64,000 bases of DNA from Escherichia coli (GCF_024700885.2 NZ_CP117016.1), one strand, 5' to 3'; positions 8,641 through 21,465 are shown, numbered from the stretch's first letter. Numbers and translations are program-made. Notes: a model not told the origin generated them from the letters alone.

Positions 8641-9497
8641 TACAGCGCCGGAAATATCAACCGGCTCACCCCGCGCTCCCGTAACGCATCAGCCAACTGC
8701 TCAACATCTTCCGGTGTGGCGCTCGGCCAGCTTTGCGCTTCGCCATACACGCCGTGGGCATGAAACGCGTTCAGGCGTACCGGAACATCGCCAAGTCCCT
8801 TGATAAACGCCGCCAGTTCTTCGATGTGTTGCAAATAATCCACCTGGCCAGGGATTACCAGCAAACGCAGTTCCGCCAGCTTGCCGCGCTCTGCCAGCAA
8901 ATAGATGCTGCGCTTAATCTGCTGATTATCGCGTCCGGTTAACTGTTGATGACATTCGCTACCCCACGCTTTGAGATCGAGCATCGCGCCGTCGCACACC
9001 GGGAGCAATTTTTCCCAGCCGGTTTCGCTCAACATACCGTTACTGTCCACCAGACAGGTGAGATGGCACAGTTGCGGATCATTTTTGATAGCAGTAAACA
9101 GCGCCACCACAAACGGTAGCTGGGTCGTGGCTTCGCCGCCGCTTACCGTTATCCCTTCGATAAACAGCACTGCTTTGCGGATATGGCTAAGCACCTCATC
9201 CACGCTCATGGACTGCGCCATTGGCGTGGCATGTTGCGGACACATCTTCAGGCAGGTATCACATTGCTCGCAGACCACAGCGTTCCACACCACTTTGCCG
9301 TCAACAATCTGCAACGCCTGATGCGGACACTGTGGCACGCACTCTCCACAGTCATTGCAGCGTCCCATCGTCCACGGATTGTGACAATTTTTGCAACGCA
9401 GATTGCAGCCCTGCAAAAACAGAGCCAGACGACTGCCTGGCCCGTCAACGCAGGAGAAGGGGATAATCTTACTGACTAAAGCGCATCTGCTGTTCAT
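8634..9497 (-). CDS. yjjW: Glycyl-radical enzyme activating protein YjjW
   Basis: 287-aa radical-SAM product with C-x3-C-x2-C and ferredoxin-like cysteine clusters. Confidence 0.85.
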   Translation of the reverse strand: MNSRCALVSKIIPFSCVDGPGSRLALFLQGCNLRCKNCHNPWTMGRCNDCGECVPQCPHQALQIVDGKVVWNAVVCEQCDTCLKMCPQHATPMAQSMSVDEVLSHIRKAVLFIEGITVSGGEATTQLPFVVALFTAIKNDPQLCHLTCLVDSNGMLSETGWEKLLPVCDGAMLDLKAWGSECHQQLTGRDNQQIKRSIYLLAERGKLAELRLLVIPGQVDYLQHIEELAAFIKGLGDVPVRLNAFHAHGVYGEAQSWPSATPEDVEQLADALRERGVSRLIFPALYL

Positions 9498-11019
9498 GGC
9501 TTATCACGCGCGGCTGGCGTTCCAGAATACGAGTGTTACGTGCGGCTTCTTCTCCCAGCCAGGTGGTGTTGGTACGTGAGCCTTCGGCACGATATTTTTC
9601 CAGATCCGACAAACGCACCATATAACCAGTAACGCGAACCAGGTCGTTACCGCTGATATTGGCGGTAAATTCACGCATTCCGGCTTTAAAGGCACCGAGG
9701 CAAAGCTGTACCAGCGCCTGCGGATTACGTTTGATGGTTTCGTCGAGCGTCAGAATGTCGCTGATGCCGGAATAATAATAAGCATGATGCGGGGCGACGG
9801 TTTGCAGATGGGTGATCGGATCTGGCTCATCACCATACGGCAAACGTGCGCCCGGCGTGGTGCCGACATCGGAACTTATCCCCGACTGTGCGTGTAACAT
9901 GGCGCGTTTTTGCCAGCCATATTTCACGGGGGTATTGGCGACAAACTCCGCCAGTTGCGCGCTGATGCGATAACCCACTTCATTTGCGGCGGCCTCTTTA
10001 CCGTAGCGCGCGGCAATCCCTTCGTTTTCACACAGCAAGTTAACCGCTTCCGCCAGCCCATACATGCCAAACATTGGCACAAAACGTTCAGGGTTAATCA
10101 GCCCTTCTTTCACCAGGAAGCTATTCTCAAAGAAGTGTGATTGTTGATAGAGGAATTCACACCGCGCATCGATGATGGCGATCTGCTGCTGGCAGTAGTG
10201 CGGTAGAGTGCGCGTAAAGAAGTCATCCAGCGATTCGCTGCGCTCGGCAATGGCTTTCAGGTTAAGGCGTACCAGCGTGCTGCCACCACCCGCCAGCGGC
10301 AGTGAGTTGTAACAGCTCACAATCCCGTAGCCCCCTTTTGTGAAAATTTTATCATGCACCGGAGCGTTGGCGATGTGCGGTTTGCTACATTCACAGATGT
10401 TCTTCGCCACTTCCAGCAGTAGGTCATCAGGGGTGATTTCAGGATCGTAGATAAAGGTCAGGTTCGGTGAAACCTGCTTCAACTCTGCGTCTGCACGTAA
10501 GATCGCGCGGGTAATGGGCGAATCAGACGGGCCGATATTGGCGTGCATAAAGGCGTCTGGCAGGGTTCTGTCGAGGTAACGCCAGAAACGTTTTATTCGA
10601 ATATCGATCTCGTCTTGTGTTAGAATTCTAACATACGGTTGCAACAACGCATCCAGTTGCCCCAGGTAGACCGGCATCGATGTGACCGACGGTACGTGGT
10701 GGTAAAGAATGGTCAGCAGAGAGAGTGCATCATCAAGATCTTTCGCGCCTTCCAGCTCCAGCCATTCGGAACCGTTCGCCAGAAAACGGGCGTAATCGGG
10801 TAAGACATAGCGCGGTTTGTACGGCGCATGACCTTCAAACATATCGCAGATTACACCCTCATCCAGCGCGCGGCGGGCTTCGGCAGGAAGCTGCGGATAA
10901 GGCAGATTGTTTTCTGCTTCCAGTGCCAGAAAATGGCGCTTCTGCTCCGGGCTAAGCACTGGGCTGGTGACAATTTGCAGGCAACGTTGTTGCAGTGCAT
11001 TTTCATGAGAAGTGGGCAT
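9469..11019 (-). CDS. yjjI: Glycyl-radical enzyme family protein YjjI
   Basis: 516-aa ORF immediately upstream of and overlapping yjjW; conserved K-12 neighbour. Confidence 0.85.
   Translation of the reverse strand: MPTSHENALQQRCLQIVTSPVLSPEQKRHFLALEAENNLPYPQLPAEARRALDEGVICDMFEGHAPYKPRYVLPDYARFLANGSEWLELEGAKDLDDALSLLTILYHHVPSVTSMPVYLGQLDALLQPYVRILTQDEIDIRIKRFWRYLDRTLPDAFMHANIGPSDSPITRAILRADAELKQVSPNLTFIYDPEITPDDLLLEVAKNICECSKPHIANAPVHDKIFTKGGYGIVSCYNSLPLAGGGSTLVRLNLKAIAERSESLDDFFTRTLPHYCQQQIAIIDARCEFLYQQSHFFENSFLVKEGLINPERFVPMFGMYGLAEAVNLLCENEGIAARYGKEAAANEVGYRISAQLAEFVANTPVKYGWQKRAMLHAQSGISSDVGTTPGARLPYGDEPDPITHLQTVAPHHAYYYSGISDILTLDETIKRNPQALVQLCLGAFKAGMREFTANISGNDLVRVTGYMVRLSDLEKYRAEGSRTNTTWLGEEAARNTRILERQPRVISHEQQMRFSQ
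10339..10354. promoter_or_regulatory. Candidate DeoR operator O_E
   Basis: TGTGAAAATTTTATCA, imperfect palindrome 279 bp upstream of O1; lies inside yjjI coding sequence. Confidence 0.45.
10618..10633. promoter_or_regulatory. DeoR operator O1 (deoP1)
   Basis: Perfect palindrome TGTTAGAATTCTAACA, 599 bp upstream of O2; inside yjjI coding sequence. Confidence 0.65.
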
Positions 11020-11216
11020 CTTCTTTTCCTTTTATGCCGAAGGTGATGCGCCATTGTAAGAAGTTTCGTGATGTTCACTTTGATCCTGATGCGTTTGCCA
11101 CCACTGACGCATTCATTTGAAAGTGAATTATTTGAACCAGATCTCATTACAGTGATGCAAACTTGTAAGTAGATTTCCTTAATTGTGATGTATATCGAAG
11201 TGTGTTGCGGAGTAGA

Positions 11217-11232
11217 TGTTAGAATACTAACA
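11217..11232. promoter_or_regulatory. DeoR operator O2 (deoP2), with adjacent CRP/CytR-like TGTGA site
   Basis: Perfect palindrome TGTTAGAATACTAACA 45 bp upstream of the deoC start; aattgtgatg motif just upstream. Confidence 0.65.
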
Positions 11233-11276
11233 AACTCGCAAGGTGAATTTTATTGGCGACAAGCCAGGAGAATGAA

Positions 11277-12056
11277 ATGACTGATCTGAAAGCAAGCAGC
11301 CTGCGTGCACTGAAATTGATGGACCTGACCACCCTGAATGACGACGACACCGACGAGAAAGTGATCGCCCTGTGTCATCAGGCCAAAACTCCGGTCGGCA
11401 ATACCGCCGCTATCTGTATCTATCCTCGCTTTATCCCGATTGCTCGCAAAACGATGAAAGAGCAGGGTACCCCGGAAATCCGTATTGCTACGGTAACCAA
11501 CTTCCCACACGGTAACGACGACATCGAAATCGCGCTGGCAGAAACCCGTGCGGCAATCGCCTACGGTGCCGATGAAGTTGACGTGGTGTTCCCGTACCGC
11601 GCGCTGATGGCGGGTAACGAGCAGGTTGGTTTTGACCTGGTGAAAGCCTGTAAAGAGGCTTGCGCTGCGGCTAACGTACTGCTGAAAGTGATCATCGAAA
11701 CCGGCGAACTGAAAGACGAAGCGCTGATCCGTAAAGCGTCTGAAATCTCCATCAAAGCGGGTGCTGACTTCATCAAAACCTCTACCGGTAAAGTGGCAGT
11801 GAACGCGACGCCGGAAAGCGCGCGCATCATGATGGAAGTGATCCGCGACATGGGAGTAGAAAAAACCGTTGGTTTCAAACCGGCAGGCGGCGTGCGTACT
11901 GCGGAAGATGCGCAGAAATATCTCGCCATCGCCGATGAACTGTTCGGCGCTGACTGGGCCGATGCGCGTCACTACCGCTTTGGCGCTTCCAGCCTGCTGG
12001 CAAGCCTGCTGAAGGCTCTGGGCCACGGCGACGGTAAGAGCGCCAGCAGCTACTAA
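11277..12056 (+). CDS. deoC: Deoxyribose-phosphate aldolase
   Basis: 259-aa product starting [29 protein letters not shown]. Confidence 0.9.
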
Positions 12057-12133
12057 GGCTTGATTTGCCGGATGACGCAGCGATGCTCATCCGGTTCCCC
12101 GATTACCTCGTCTCTTTTCCACGGGAGGTTACC

Positions 12134-13456
12134 TTGTTTCTCGCACAAGAAATTATTCGTAAAAAACGTGATGGTCATGCGCTGAGCGATGAAGAAATTC
12201 GTTTCTTTATCAACGGCATTCGCGACAACACTATCTCCGAAGGGCAGATTGCCGCCCTCGCGATGACCATTTTCTTCCACGATATGACAATGCCTGAGCG
12301 TGTCTCGCTGACCATGGCGATGCGAGATTCAGGAACCGTTCTCGACTGGAAAAGCCTGCATCTGAATGGCCCGATTGTTGATAAACACTCCACCGGTGGC
12401 GTCGGCGATGTGACTTCGCTGATGTTGGGGCCGATGGTCGCAGCCTGCGGCGGCTATATTCCGATGATCTCCGGTCGCGGCCTCGGTCATACTGGCGGTA
12501 CGCTCGACAAACTGGAATCCATCCCTGGCTTCGACATTTTCCCGGATGACAACCGTTTCCGCGAAATTATTAAAGACGTCGGCGTGGCGATTATCGGTCA
12601 GACCAGTTCACTGGCTCCGGCTGATAAACGTTTCTACGCGACCCGTGATATTACCGCAACCGTGGACTCCATCCCGCTGATCACTGCCTCGATCCTGGCG
12701 AAGAAACTGGCGGAAGGTCTGGATGCGCTGGTGATGGACGTGAAAGTGGGTAGCGGTGCATTTATGCCGACCTACGAACTCTCTGAAGCCCTTGCCGAAG
12801 CGATTGTTGGCGTGGCTAACGGCGCTGGCGTGCGTACCACCGCGCTGCTCACCGATATGAATCAGGTACTGGCCTCCAGTGCAGGTAACGCGGTTGAAGT
12901 TCGTGAAGCGGTGCAGTTCCTGACGGGTGAGTATCGTAACCCGCGTCTGTTTGATGTCACGATGGCGCTGTGCGTAGAGATGCTTATCTCCGGCAAACTG
13001 GCGAAAGATGACGCCGAAGCGCGCGCGAAATTGCAGGCGGTGCTGGACAACGGTAAAGCGGCAGAAGTCTTTGGTCGTATGGTAGCGGCACAAAAAGGCC
13101 CAACCGACTTCGTTGAGAACTACGCGAAGTATCTGCCGACAGCGATGCTGACGAAAGCAGTCTATGCTGATACCGAAGGTTTTGTCAGTGAAATGGATAC
13201 CCGTGCGCTGGGGATGGCAGTGGTTGCAATGGGCGGCGGACGCCGTCAGGCATCTGACACCATCGATTACAGCGTCGGCTTTACTGATATGGCGCGTTTG
13301 GGCGACCAGGTAGACGGTCAGCGTCCACTGGCGGTTATCCACGCGAAAGACGAAAACAGCTGGCAGGAAGCGGCGAAAGCGGTGAAAGCGGCAATTAAAC
13401 TTGCCGATAAAGCACCGGAAAGCACACCAACTGTCTATCGCCGTATCAGCGAATAA
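12134..13456 (+). CDS. deoA: Thymidine phosphorylase
   Basis: 440-aa product from TTG start, [21 protein letters not shown]... Confidence 0.9.
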
Positions 13457-13486
13457 CGGTATACTGATCTGATCATTTAAATTTGA

Positions 13487-14731
<1,245 letters not shown>

Positions 14732-14763
14732 TAATGGGTGCGGCTTGATGCCCTCACCCCGGC

Positions 14764-14784
14764 CCTCTCCCACAGGGAGAGGGT
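14764..14784. other. Intergenic stem-loop between deoB and deoD
   Basis: Inverted repeat ccctctccc aca gggagaggg. Confidence 0.35.
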
Positions 14785-14810
14785 GAAAACATGTTGATAA
14801 GGATAAAACA

Positions 14811-15530
14811 ATGGCTACCCCACACATTAATGCAGAAATGGGCGATTTCGCTGACGTAGTTTTGATGCCAGGCGACCCGCTGCGTGCGAAGTATATTGCT
14901 GAAACTTTCCTTGAAGATGCCCGTGAAGTGAACAACGTTCGCGGTATGCTGGGCTTCACCGGTACATACAAAGGCCGCAAAATTTCCGTAATGGGTCACG
15001 GTATGGGTATCCCGTCCTGCTCCATCTACACCAAAGAACTGATCACCGATTTCGGCGTGAAGAAAATTATCCGCGTGGGTTCCTGTGGCGCTGTTCTGCC
15101 ACACGTAAAACTGCGCGACGTCGTTATCGGTATGGGTGCCTGCACCGATTCCAAAGTTAACCGCATCCGTTTTAAAGACCATGACTTTGCCGCTATCGCT
15201 GACTTCGACATGGTGCGTAACGCGGTAGACGCGGCTAAAGCACTGGGCATTGATGCTCGCGTTGGTAACCTGTTCTCCGCTGACCTGTTCTACTCTCCGG
15301 ACGGCGAAATGTTCGACGTGATGGAAAAATACGGCATCCTCGGCGTGGAAATGGAAGCGGCTGGTATCTACGGCGTCGCTGCAGAATTTGGCGCGAAAGC
15401 CCTGACCATCTGTACCGTGTCTGACCACATCCGCACTCACGAGCAGACCACTGCCGCTGAGCGTCAGACCACCTTCAACGACATGATCAAAATCGCACTG
15501 GAATCCGTTCTGCTGGGCGATAAAGAGTAA
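14811..15530 (+). CDS. deoD: Purine nucleoside phosphorylase
   Basis: 239-aa product [33 protein letters not shown]... Confidence 0.9.
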
Positions 15531-15561
15531 TTGTGTTTTGCTGAAAGGCGATTGCCTTGTG

Positions 15562-15593
15562 AAGCCGGAGCGGGAGACTGCTCCGGCTTTTTA
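15562..15593 (+). terminator. deo operon rho-independent terminator
   Basis: Hairpin agccggagcgggagactgctccggct followed by ttttt. Confidence 0.6.
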
Positions 15594-15660
15594 GTATCTA
15601 TTCATCAATAGCAACTGATTTATAGATTTACTATTATTTTTCATATGGATAGAAAATAAA

Positions 15661-15693
15661 ATCCATTCAAGTATCTATTCACGAATCTATTCA
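15661..15693. repeat. Three tandem 9-bp direct repeats at 12-bp spacing; fourth copy at 15596-15604
   Basis: atccattca (15661), atctattca (15673), atctattca (15685) and atctattca (15596); the last tandem copy overlaps the HTH gene stop. Confidence 0.5.
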
Positions 15694-15954
15694 TTTATGT
15701 TCAGCCGTCATCCAGGAAGGGCATATCAGCAACTCTGGTGGACAACCATAAATTCCTGCCATTTTGCTTTTGATGTTTGAACTAAGCCGTTCCGTCTTTT
15801 CGATCTGTTTTAGAGAATTAATGGAGATACCTAACATTTTACTTACTTCAGCAAGTGATAGTTTATGCCTGATACGCACGGCGGTTAGCCAGGATATACC
15901 CTGGCTGAACATTAAATTGATAATCTCCCGTTCCTGGTTTTCCAGATCGCTCAT
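15691..15954 (-). CDS. XRE-family helix-turn-helix protein, hypothetical
   Basis: 87-aa ORF with HTH segment LSLAEVSKMLGISINSLKQIEKTER; occupies the position of yjjJ in K-12 but on the opposite strand; AT-rich. Confidence 0.5.
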   Translation of the reverse strand: MSDLENQEREIINLMFSQGISWLTAVRIRHKLSLAEVSKMLGISINSLKQIEKTERLSSNIKSKMAGIYGCPPELLICPSWMTAEHK

Positions 15955-15985
15955 ATTTCCTTCCCTGGATATTTAAATCAGCGAG

Positions 15986-17002
15986 TTACCTTACCGCCCC
16001 CGCTATCCACGCAGACAACTCCCGTAGCTCTTTTTCCTGTTCCGGGAAGTCAACCAACAGCGCTTCGCACTCCTGTTGCAGCATATCCGCGCGGTACAGG
16101 CAGCCTTGCAGTCGCCCGGCGAGGGCTTCCAGCGGCGCGGGGTTGAGGCTGTCGGTAAACACCTGGGCGCGGGTGATATGGCCTTTTTCAACGTCGAAAT
16201 GCAGTTCCACACCGCCCCAGGTAAAGCGTTCATCCAGCAGATGCGAGAATGCCGGAGCCTGACCGAAGTTCCATTCCCAGCTACTCTGGCGGGCAAAGGT
16301 TTCGGCGAAGTTTGGCAAGTCTGGCGTTTTGTCCGGGGAGATGATTTCTGCTTCCACGCGCTCGCCATAATGGGCGAAAAAGGCCTCGGTTATGGCCTCG
16401 CAAACCTGCTCATGGGTGATCCCCGGCAGCAGCTCGGTGAGGTTGGTCACTCGGGAACGTACCGACGTAATGCCTTTCGCCGCCAGTTTCTTTTTATCCG
16501 GATTGAGATAGTTTGCCAGGCGGCTAAGGTCGGCATTGAGCAGCAAGGTGCCGTGGTGGAAGCCGCGATCTTTGGTTTCGCGATAGGCCGAGCCTGAGAC
16601 TTTGCGGTCGCCTTCGGCGGTTTTCACCACCAGATCGTTACGTCCGGACGCTTCGGCGCTGACGCCGAGCGCGTTCAGCGCATTAAGCACAATCGACGTG
16701 GAGATAGTTTTATCGTACTCCGGCTTGCCAGCCATAAAGGTAAAGCAGGTATTACCGAGATCGTGGAACACCGCGCCGCCACCGCTACTGCGCCGCGCCA
16801 GGCGGACGTTATCTTCTTCCATCCGCCGGGTATTACACTCTTTCCACGGGTTCTGTGCGCGACCAATCACTACCGTGTCGGCATTGCGCCAGAGAAACAG
16901 AACGCGCTGCGTGGCGGGCATCTGGCGAAAAATACACTCCTCCACCGCCAGGTTAAACCACGGATCGTAAGAGTCAGAGATGAGCAGGCGTAATGTGGAC
17001 AT
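15986..17002 (-). CDS. lplA: Lipoate-protein ligase A
   Basis: 338-aa product [28 protein letters not shown]... Confidence 0.9.
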   Translation of the reverse strand: MSTLRLLISDSYDPWFNLAVEECIFRQMPATQRVLFLWRNADTVVIGRAQNPWKECNTRRMEEDNVRLARRSSGGGAVFHDLGNTCFTFMAGKPEYDKTISTSIVLNALNALGVSAEASGRNDLVVKTAEGDRKVSGSAYRETKDRGFHHGTLLLNADLSRLANYLNPDKKKLAAKGITSVRSRVTNLTELLPGITHEQVCEAITEAFFAHYGERVEAEIISPDKTPDLPNFAETFARQSSWEWNFGQAPAFSHLLDERFTWGGVELHFDVEKGHITRAQVFTDSLNPAPLEALAGRLQGCLYRADMLQQECEALLVDFPEQEKELRELSAWIAGAVR

Positions 17003-17029
17003 AACGATTTCCTTTCTTGTAGTAATGGG

Positions 17030-17674
17030 TCACTCTTTTTTCTCGCTTTCTTCCTCTTCCGGCACCGGTTTGCTGGCGGTTAACAGGAAGGGCGATTGCT
17101 GCCAGCGGGTGCGTTTACCCTGTAGCAGCGTGCGGGTCAGCACAACGCCGATTGCCAGTGAGAGCAGCAACATCAGGCGTAAAATGTTAGTGGTGTTATC
17201 CACCTGTTGGGCTTCGGTGGCGAGCGTATGGGTGTCGAGCGTCAGGCGCAGATAGCCGAGCGGTCCGTTTTTCCCGGCAATAGGTTCGACAATCTGCTGG
17301 TTAAAATAGCCGCCCGCTTTTTTGCCGTCGAGCGCCAACCGGTCGCGCACTTCGACGCTTTCGCCAGAACGGGCGATAAGATCGCCTTGTTCGTCATACA
17401 CGCCCGCGTCGAGGATGCGGCTTTCATCCGTTAACTGATCGAGGATCGCCTGAATGCGTTTTTCATCCGGTGAGTCGGTACGCATCAGCGGTGCAACGTT
17501 CAGCGTCACCTGACGCGCCAGGGTGCGGGCCAGTTCTTCCAGCTGTGGATTACGCTGTCGCTGGTGGTTTTGACTAAACCATGACGCTCCCTGCATCAGC
17601 GCCACTAACAAGGCAAGACAGAACAGGACAATCACTGCCCGATGCAGCCGGAATTTCAGTTTTGTGCGAGCCAT
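17030..17674 (-). CDS. ytjB: Membrane protein YtjB (Smp)
   Basis: 214-aa product with N-terminal TM helix; conserved position between lplA and serB. Confidence 0.85.
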   Translation of the reverse strand: MARTKLKFRLHRAVIVLFCLALLVALMQGASWFSQNHQRQRNPQLEELARTLARQVTLNVAPLMRTDSPDEKRIQAILDQLTDESRILDAGVYDEQGDLIARSGESVEVRDRLALDGKKAGGYFNQQIVEPIAGKNGPLGYLRLTLDTHTLATEAQQVDNTTNILRLMLLLSLAIGVVLTRTLLQGKRTRWQQSPFLLTASKPVPEEEESEKKE

Positions 17675-17779
17675 CTTCCACCCTTTGAAAATTTGAGACT
17701 TAATGTTGCCAGAAGCAATGGATACAAGGTAGCCTCATGCGTTATTTTCCCTGCTTCGAACGATTTTACAGGAGCCTTA

Positions 17780-18748
17780 ATGCCTAACATTACCTGGTGC
17801 GACCTGCCTGAAGATGTCTCTTTATGGCCCGGTCTGCCTCTTTCATTAAGTGGTGATGAAGTGATGCCACTGGATTACCACGCAGGTCGTAGCGGCTGGC
17901 TGCTGTATGGTCGTGGGCTGGATAAACAACGTCTGACCCAATACCAGAGCAAACTGGGCGCGGCGATGGTGATTGTTGCCGCCTGGTGCGTGGAAGATTA
18001 TCAGGTGATTCGTCTGGCAGGTTCACTCACCGCGCGGGCTACGCGCCTGGCCCACGAAGCGCAGCTGGATGTCGCGCCGCTGGGGAAAATCCCGCACCTG
18101 CGCACGCCGGGTTTGCTGGTGATGGACATGGATTCCACCGCCATCCAGATTGAATGTATTGATGAAATTGCCAAACTGGCCGGAACGGGCGAGATGGTGG
18201 CGGAGGTAACCGAACGGGCGATGCGCGGCGAACTCGATTTTACCGCCAGCCTGCGCAGCCGCGTGGCGACGCTGAAAGGCGCTGACGCCAATATTCTGCA
18301 ACAGGTGCGTGAAAATCTGCCGCTGATGCCAGGCTTAACGCAACTGGTACTCAAGCTGGAAACGCTGGGCTGGAAAGTGGCGATTGCCTCCGGTGGCTTT
18401 ACTTTCTTTGCTGAATACCTGCGCGACAAGCTGCGCCTGACAGCCGTGGTAGCCAATGAACTGGAGATCATGGACGGTAAATTTACCGGCAATGTGATCG
18501 GCGACATCGTAGACGCGCAGTACAAAGCGAAAACTCTAACTCGCCTCGCGCAGGAGTATGAAATCCCGCTGGCGCAGACTGTGGCGATTGGCGATGGAGC
18601 CAATGACCTGCCGATGATCAAAGCGGCAGGGCTGGGGATTGCCTACCATGCCAAGCCAAAAGTGAATGAAAAGACGGAAGTCACCATCCGTCACGCTGAC
18701 CTGATGGGGGTATTCTGCATCCTCTCTGGCAGCCTGAATCAGAAGTAA
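17780..18748 (+). CDS. serB: Phosphoserine phosphatase
   Basis: 322-aa product starting MPNITWCDLPEDVSLWPGL; HAD motif LVMDMDST. Confidence 0.9.
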   Translation: MPNITWCDLPEDVSLWPGLPLSLSGDEVMPLDYHAGRSGWLLYGRGLDKQRLTQYQSKLGAAMVIVAAWCVEDYQVIRLAGSLTARATRLAHEAQLDVAPLGKIPHLRTPGLLVMDMDSTAIQIECIDEIAKLAGTGEMVAEVTERAMRGELDFTASLRSRVATLKGADANILQQVRENLPLMPGLTQLVLKLETLGWKVAIASGGFTFFAEYLRDKLRLTAVVANELEIMDGKFTGNVIGDIVDAQYKAKTLTRLAQEYEIPLAQTVAIGDGANDLPMIKAAGLGIAYHAKPKVNEKTEVTIRHADLMGVFCILSGSLNQK

Positions 18749-18796
18749 TTGCTCGCCCGTCATCCTGCGGGCGGCACAGCATTAACGAGGTACACC

Positions 18797-20179
18797 GTGG
18801 CAAAAGCTCCAAAACGCGCCTTTGTTTGTAATGAATGCGGGGCCGATTATCCGCGCTGGCAGGGGCAGTGCAGTGCCTGTCATGCCTGGAACACCATCAC
18901 CGAGGTGCGTCTTGCTGCGTCGCCAACGGTGGCGCGTAACGAGCGTCTCAGTGGCTATGCCGGTAGCGCCGGGGTGGCAAAAGTCCAGAAACTCTCCGAT
19001 ATCAGCCTTGAAGAGCTGCCGCGTTTTTCCACCGGATTTAAAGAGTTCGACCGCGTACTAGGCGGCGGCGTGGTGCCGGGAAGCGCCATTCTGATTGGCG
19101 GTAACCCAGGTGCGGGGAAATCCACGCTGCTACTGCAAACGCTGTGCAAACTGGCCCAGCAGATGAAAACGCTGTATGTCACTGGCGAAGAGTCGCTGCA
19201 ACAGGTGGCAATGCGCGCTCATCGCCTTGGCCTGCCGACTGACAATCTCAATATGTTGTCGGAAACCAGCATCGAACAGATCTGCCTGATTGCCGAAGAA
19301 GAGCAACCGAAACTGATGGTAATTGACTCGATCCAGGTGATGCATATGGCGGATGTACAATCATCGCCTGGTAGCGTGGCGCAGGTGCGTGAAACGGCGG
19401 CTTATCTGACGCGCTTCGCCAAAACGCGCGGCGTGGCGATTGTCATGGTCGGGCACGTAACCAAAGATGGCTCGCTGGCTGGCCCTAAAGTGCTGGAACA
19501 CTGTATTGACTGTTCGGTGCTTCTGGACGGCGATGCCGACTCCCGTTTCCGCACCTTGCGTAGCCATAAAAACCGCTTCGGCGCGGTGAATGAACTGGGC
19601 GTCTTCGCGATGACCGAACAGGGTCTGCGTGAAGTCAGCAACCCTTCGGCAATCTTTTTAAGCCGCGGTGATGAAGTGACCTCCGGTAGCTCAGTGATGG
19701 TAGTGTGGGAAGGAACGCGTCCGCTGCTGGTGGAGATCCAGGCGCTGGTCGATCACTCGATGATGGCGAATCCACGCCGCGTGGCGGTAGGGCTGGAGCA
19801 AAACCGTCTGGCGATCCTGCTGGCTGTCTTGCACCGTCACGGTGGTCTGCAAATGGCCGATCAGGATGTATTTGTGAACGTGGTCGGCGGCGTGAAGGTA
19901 ACCGAAACCAGCGCCGACTTGGCGTTACTGCTGGCGATGGTTTCCAGCCTGCGTGACAGACCGCTGCCGCAGGATCTGGTGGTGTTTGGTGAAGTCGGGC
20001 TGGCAGGGGAGATCCGCCCGGTGCCCAGCGGTCAGGAACGTATCTCAGAAGCGGCGAAACACGGTTTTCGCCGGGCGATTGTTCCGGCGGCTAACGTACC
20101 GAAAAAAGCGCCGGAAGGGATGCAGATTTTTGGCGTTAAAAAACTCTCCGACGCGCTTAGCGTGTTCGACGACTTATAA
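18797..20179 (+). CDS. radA: DNA repair protein RadA (Sms)
   Basis: 460-aa product from GTG start, AKAPKRAFVCNECGADYPRWQGQCSAC zinc finger and Walker A GGNPGAGKST. Confidence 0.9.
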   Translation: MAKAPKRAFVCNECGADYPRWQGQCSACHAWNTITEVRLAASPTVARNERLSGYAGSAGVAKVQKLSDISLEELPRFSTGFKEFDRVLGGGVVPGSAILIGGNPGAGKSTLLLQTLCKLAQQMKTLYVTGEESLQQVAMRAHRLGLPTDNLNMLSETSIEQICLIAEEEQPKLMVIDSIQVMHMADVQSSPGSVAQVRETAAYLTRFAKTRGVAIVMVGHVTKDGSLAGPKVLEHCIDCSVLLDGDADSRFRTLRSHKNRFGAVNELGVFAMTEQGLREVSNPSAIFLSRGDEVTSGSSVMVVWEGTRPLLVEIQALVDHSMMANPRRVAVGLEQNRLAILLAVLHRHGGLQMADQDVFVNVVGGVKVTETSADLALLLAMVSSLRDRPLPQDLVVFGEVGLAGEIRPVPSGQERISEAAKHGFRRAIVPAANVPKKAPEGMQIFGVKKLSDALSVFDDL

Positions 20180-20199
20180 TGAGAGATACGGAGGGAGAT

Positions 20200-21432
20200 A
20201 TGTCGTCATTTGATTACCTGAAAACTGCCATCAAGCAACAAGGCTGCACGCTACAGCAGGTAGCTGATGCCAGCGGTATGACCAAAGGGTATTTAAGCCA
20301 GTTACTGAATGCCAAAATTAAAAGCCCCAGCGCGCAAAAGCTGGAGGCGTTGCACCGTTTTTTGGGGCTTGAGTTTCCCCGGCAGAAGAAAACCATTGGT
20401 GTCGTATTCGGTAAGTTCTACCCGCTGCATACCGGACATATCTACCTTATCCAGCGCGCCTGTAGCCAGGTTGACGAGCTGCATATCATTATGGGCTTTG
20501 ACGATACCCGTGACCGTGCGTTGTTTGAAGACAGCGCCATGTCGCAGCAGCCCACGGTGCCGGATCGTCTGCGCTGGTTATTGCAAACCTTTAAATATCA
20601 GAAAAATATCCGTATTCATGCCTTCAACGAAGAGGGCATGGAGCCGTATCCGCACGGCTGGGATGTGTGGAGCAACGGCATCAAAAAGTTTATGGCTGAA
20701 AAGGGGATCCAGCCGGACCTGATCTACACCTCGGAAGAAGCCGATGCGCCACAGTATATGGAACATCTGGGGATCGAGACGGTGCTGGTCGATCCGAAAC
20801 GCACCTTTATGAGTATCAGCGGTGCGCAGATCCGCGAAAACCCGTTCCGCTACTGGGAATATATTCCCACCGAAGTGAAGCCGTTCTTTGTGCGTACCGT
20901 GGCGATCCTTGGCGGCGAGTCGAGCGGTAAATCAACCCTGGTAAACAAACTTGCTAATATCTTCAACACTACCAGTGCATGGGAATATGGTCGCGATTAT
21001 GTCTTTTCACACCTTGGCGGTGATGAGATCGCATTGCAGTATTCCGACTACGATAAAATCGCGCTGGGACACGCTCAATACATTGATTTTGCAGTGAAAT
21101 ATGCCAATAAAGTGGCGTTTATCGACACTGATTTTGTCACTACCCAGGCGTTCTGCAAAAAGTACGAAGGGCGGGAGCATCCGTTCGTGCAGGCGCTGAT
21201 TGATGAATACCGTTTTGATCTGGTGATCCTGCTGGAGAACAACACCCCGTGGGTGGCGGATGGTTTACGCAGCCTCGGCAGTTCGGTGGATCGCAAAGAG
21301 TTCCAGAACTTGCTGGTGGAGATGCTGGAAGAGAACAATATCGAATTTGTGCGGGTTGAAGAGGACGATTACGACAGCCGTTTCCTGCGCTGTGTGGAGC
21401 TGGTGCGGGAGATGATGGGCGAGCAGAGATAA
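20200..21432 (+). CDS. nadR: Bifunctional NMN adenylyltransferase / ribosylnicotinamide kinase / repressor
   Basis: 410-aa product MSSFDYLKTAIKQQGCTLQQVADASGMTKGYLSQLL... Confidence 0.9.
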   Translation: MSSFDYLKTAIKQQGCTLQQVADASGMTKGYLSQLLNAKIKSPSAQKLEALHRFLGLEFPRQKKTIGVVFGKFYPLHTGHIYLIQRACSQVDELHIIMGFDDTRDRALFEDSAMSQQPTVPDRLRWLLQTFKYQKNIRIHAFNEEGMEPYPHGWDVWSNGIKKFMAEKGIQPDLIYTSEEADAPQYMEHLGIETVLVDPKRTFMSISGAQIRENPFRYWEYIPTEVKPFFVRTVAILGGESSGKSTLVNKLANIFNTTSAWEYGRDYVFSHLGGDEIALQYSDYDKIALGHAQYIDFAVKYANKVAFIDTDFVTTQAFCKKYEGREHPFVQALIDEYRFDLVILLENNTPWVADGLRSLGSSVDRKEFQNLLVEMLEENNIEFVRVEEDDYDSRFLRCVELVREMMGEQR

Positions 21433-21465
21433 CCGTGACGAAACGGCTCAAAGGCGAGGTATAAA

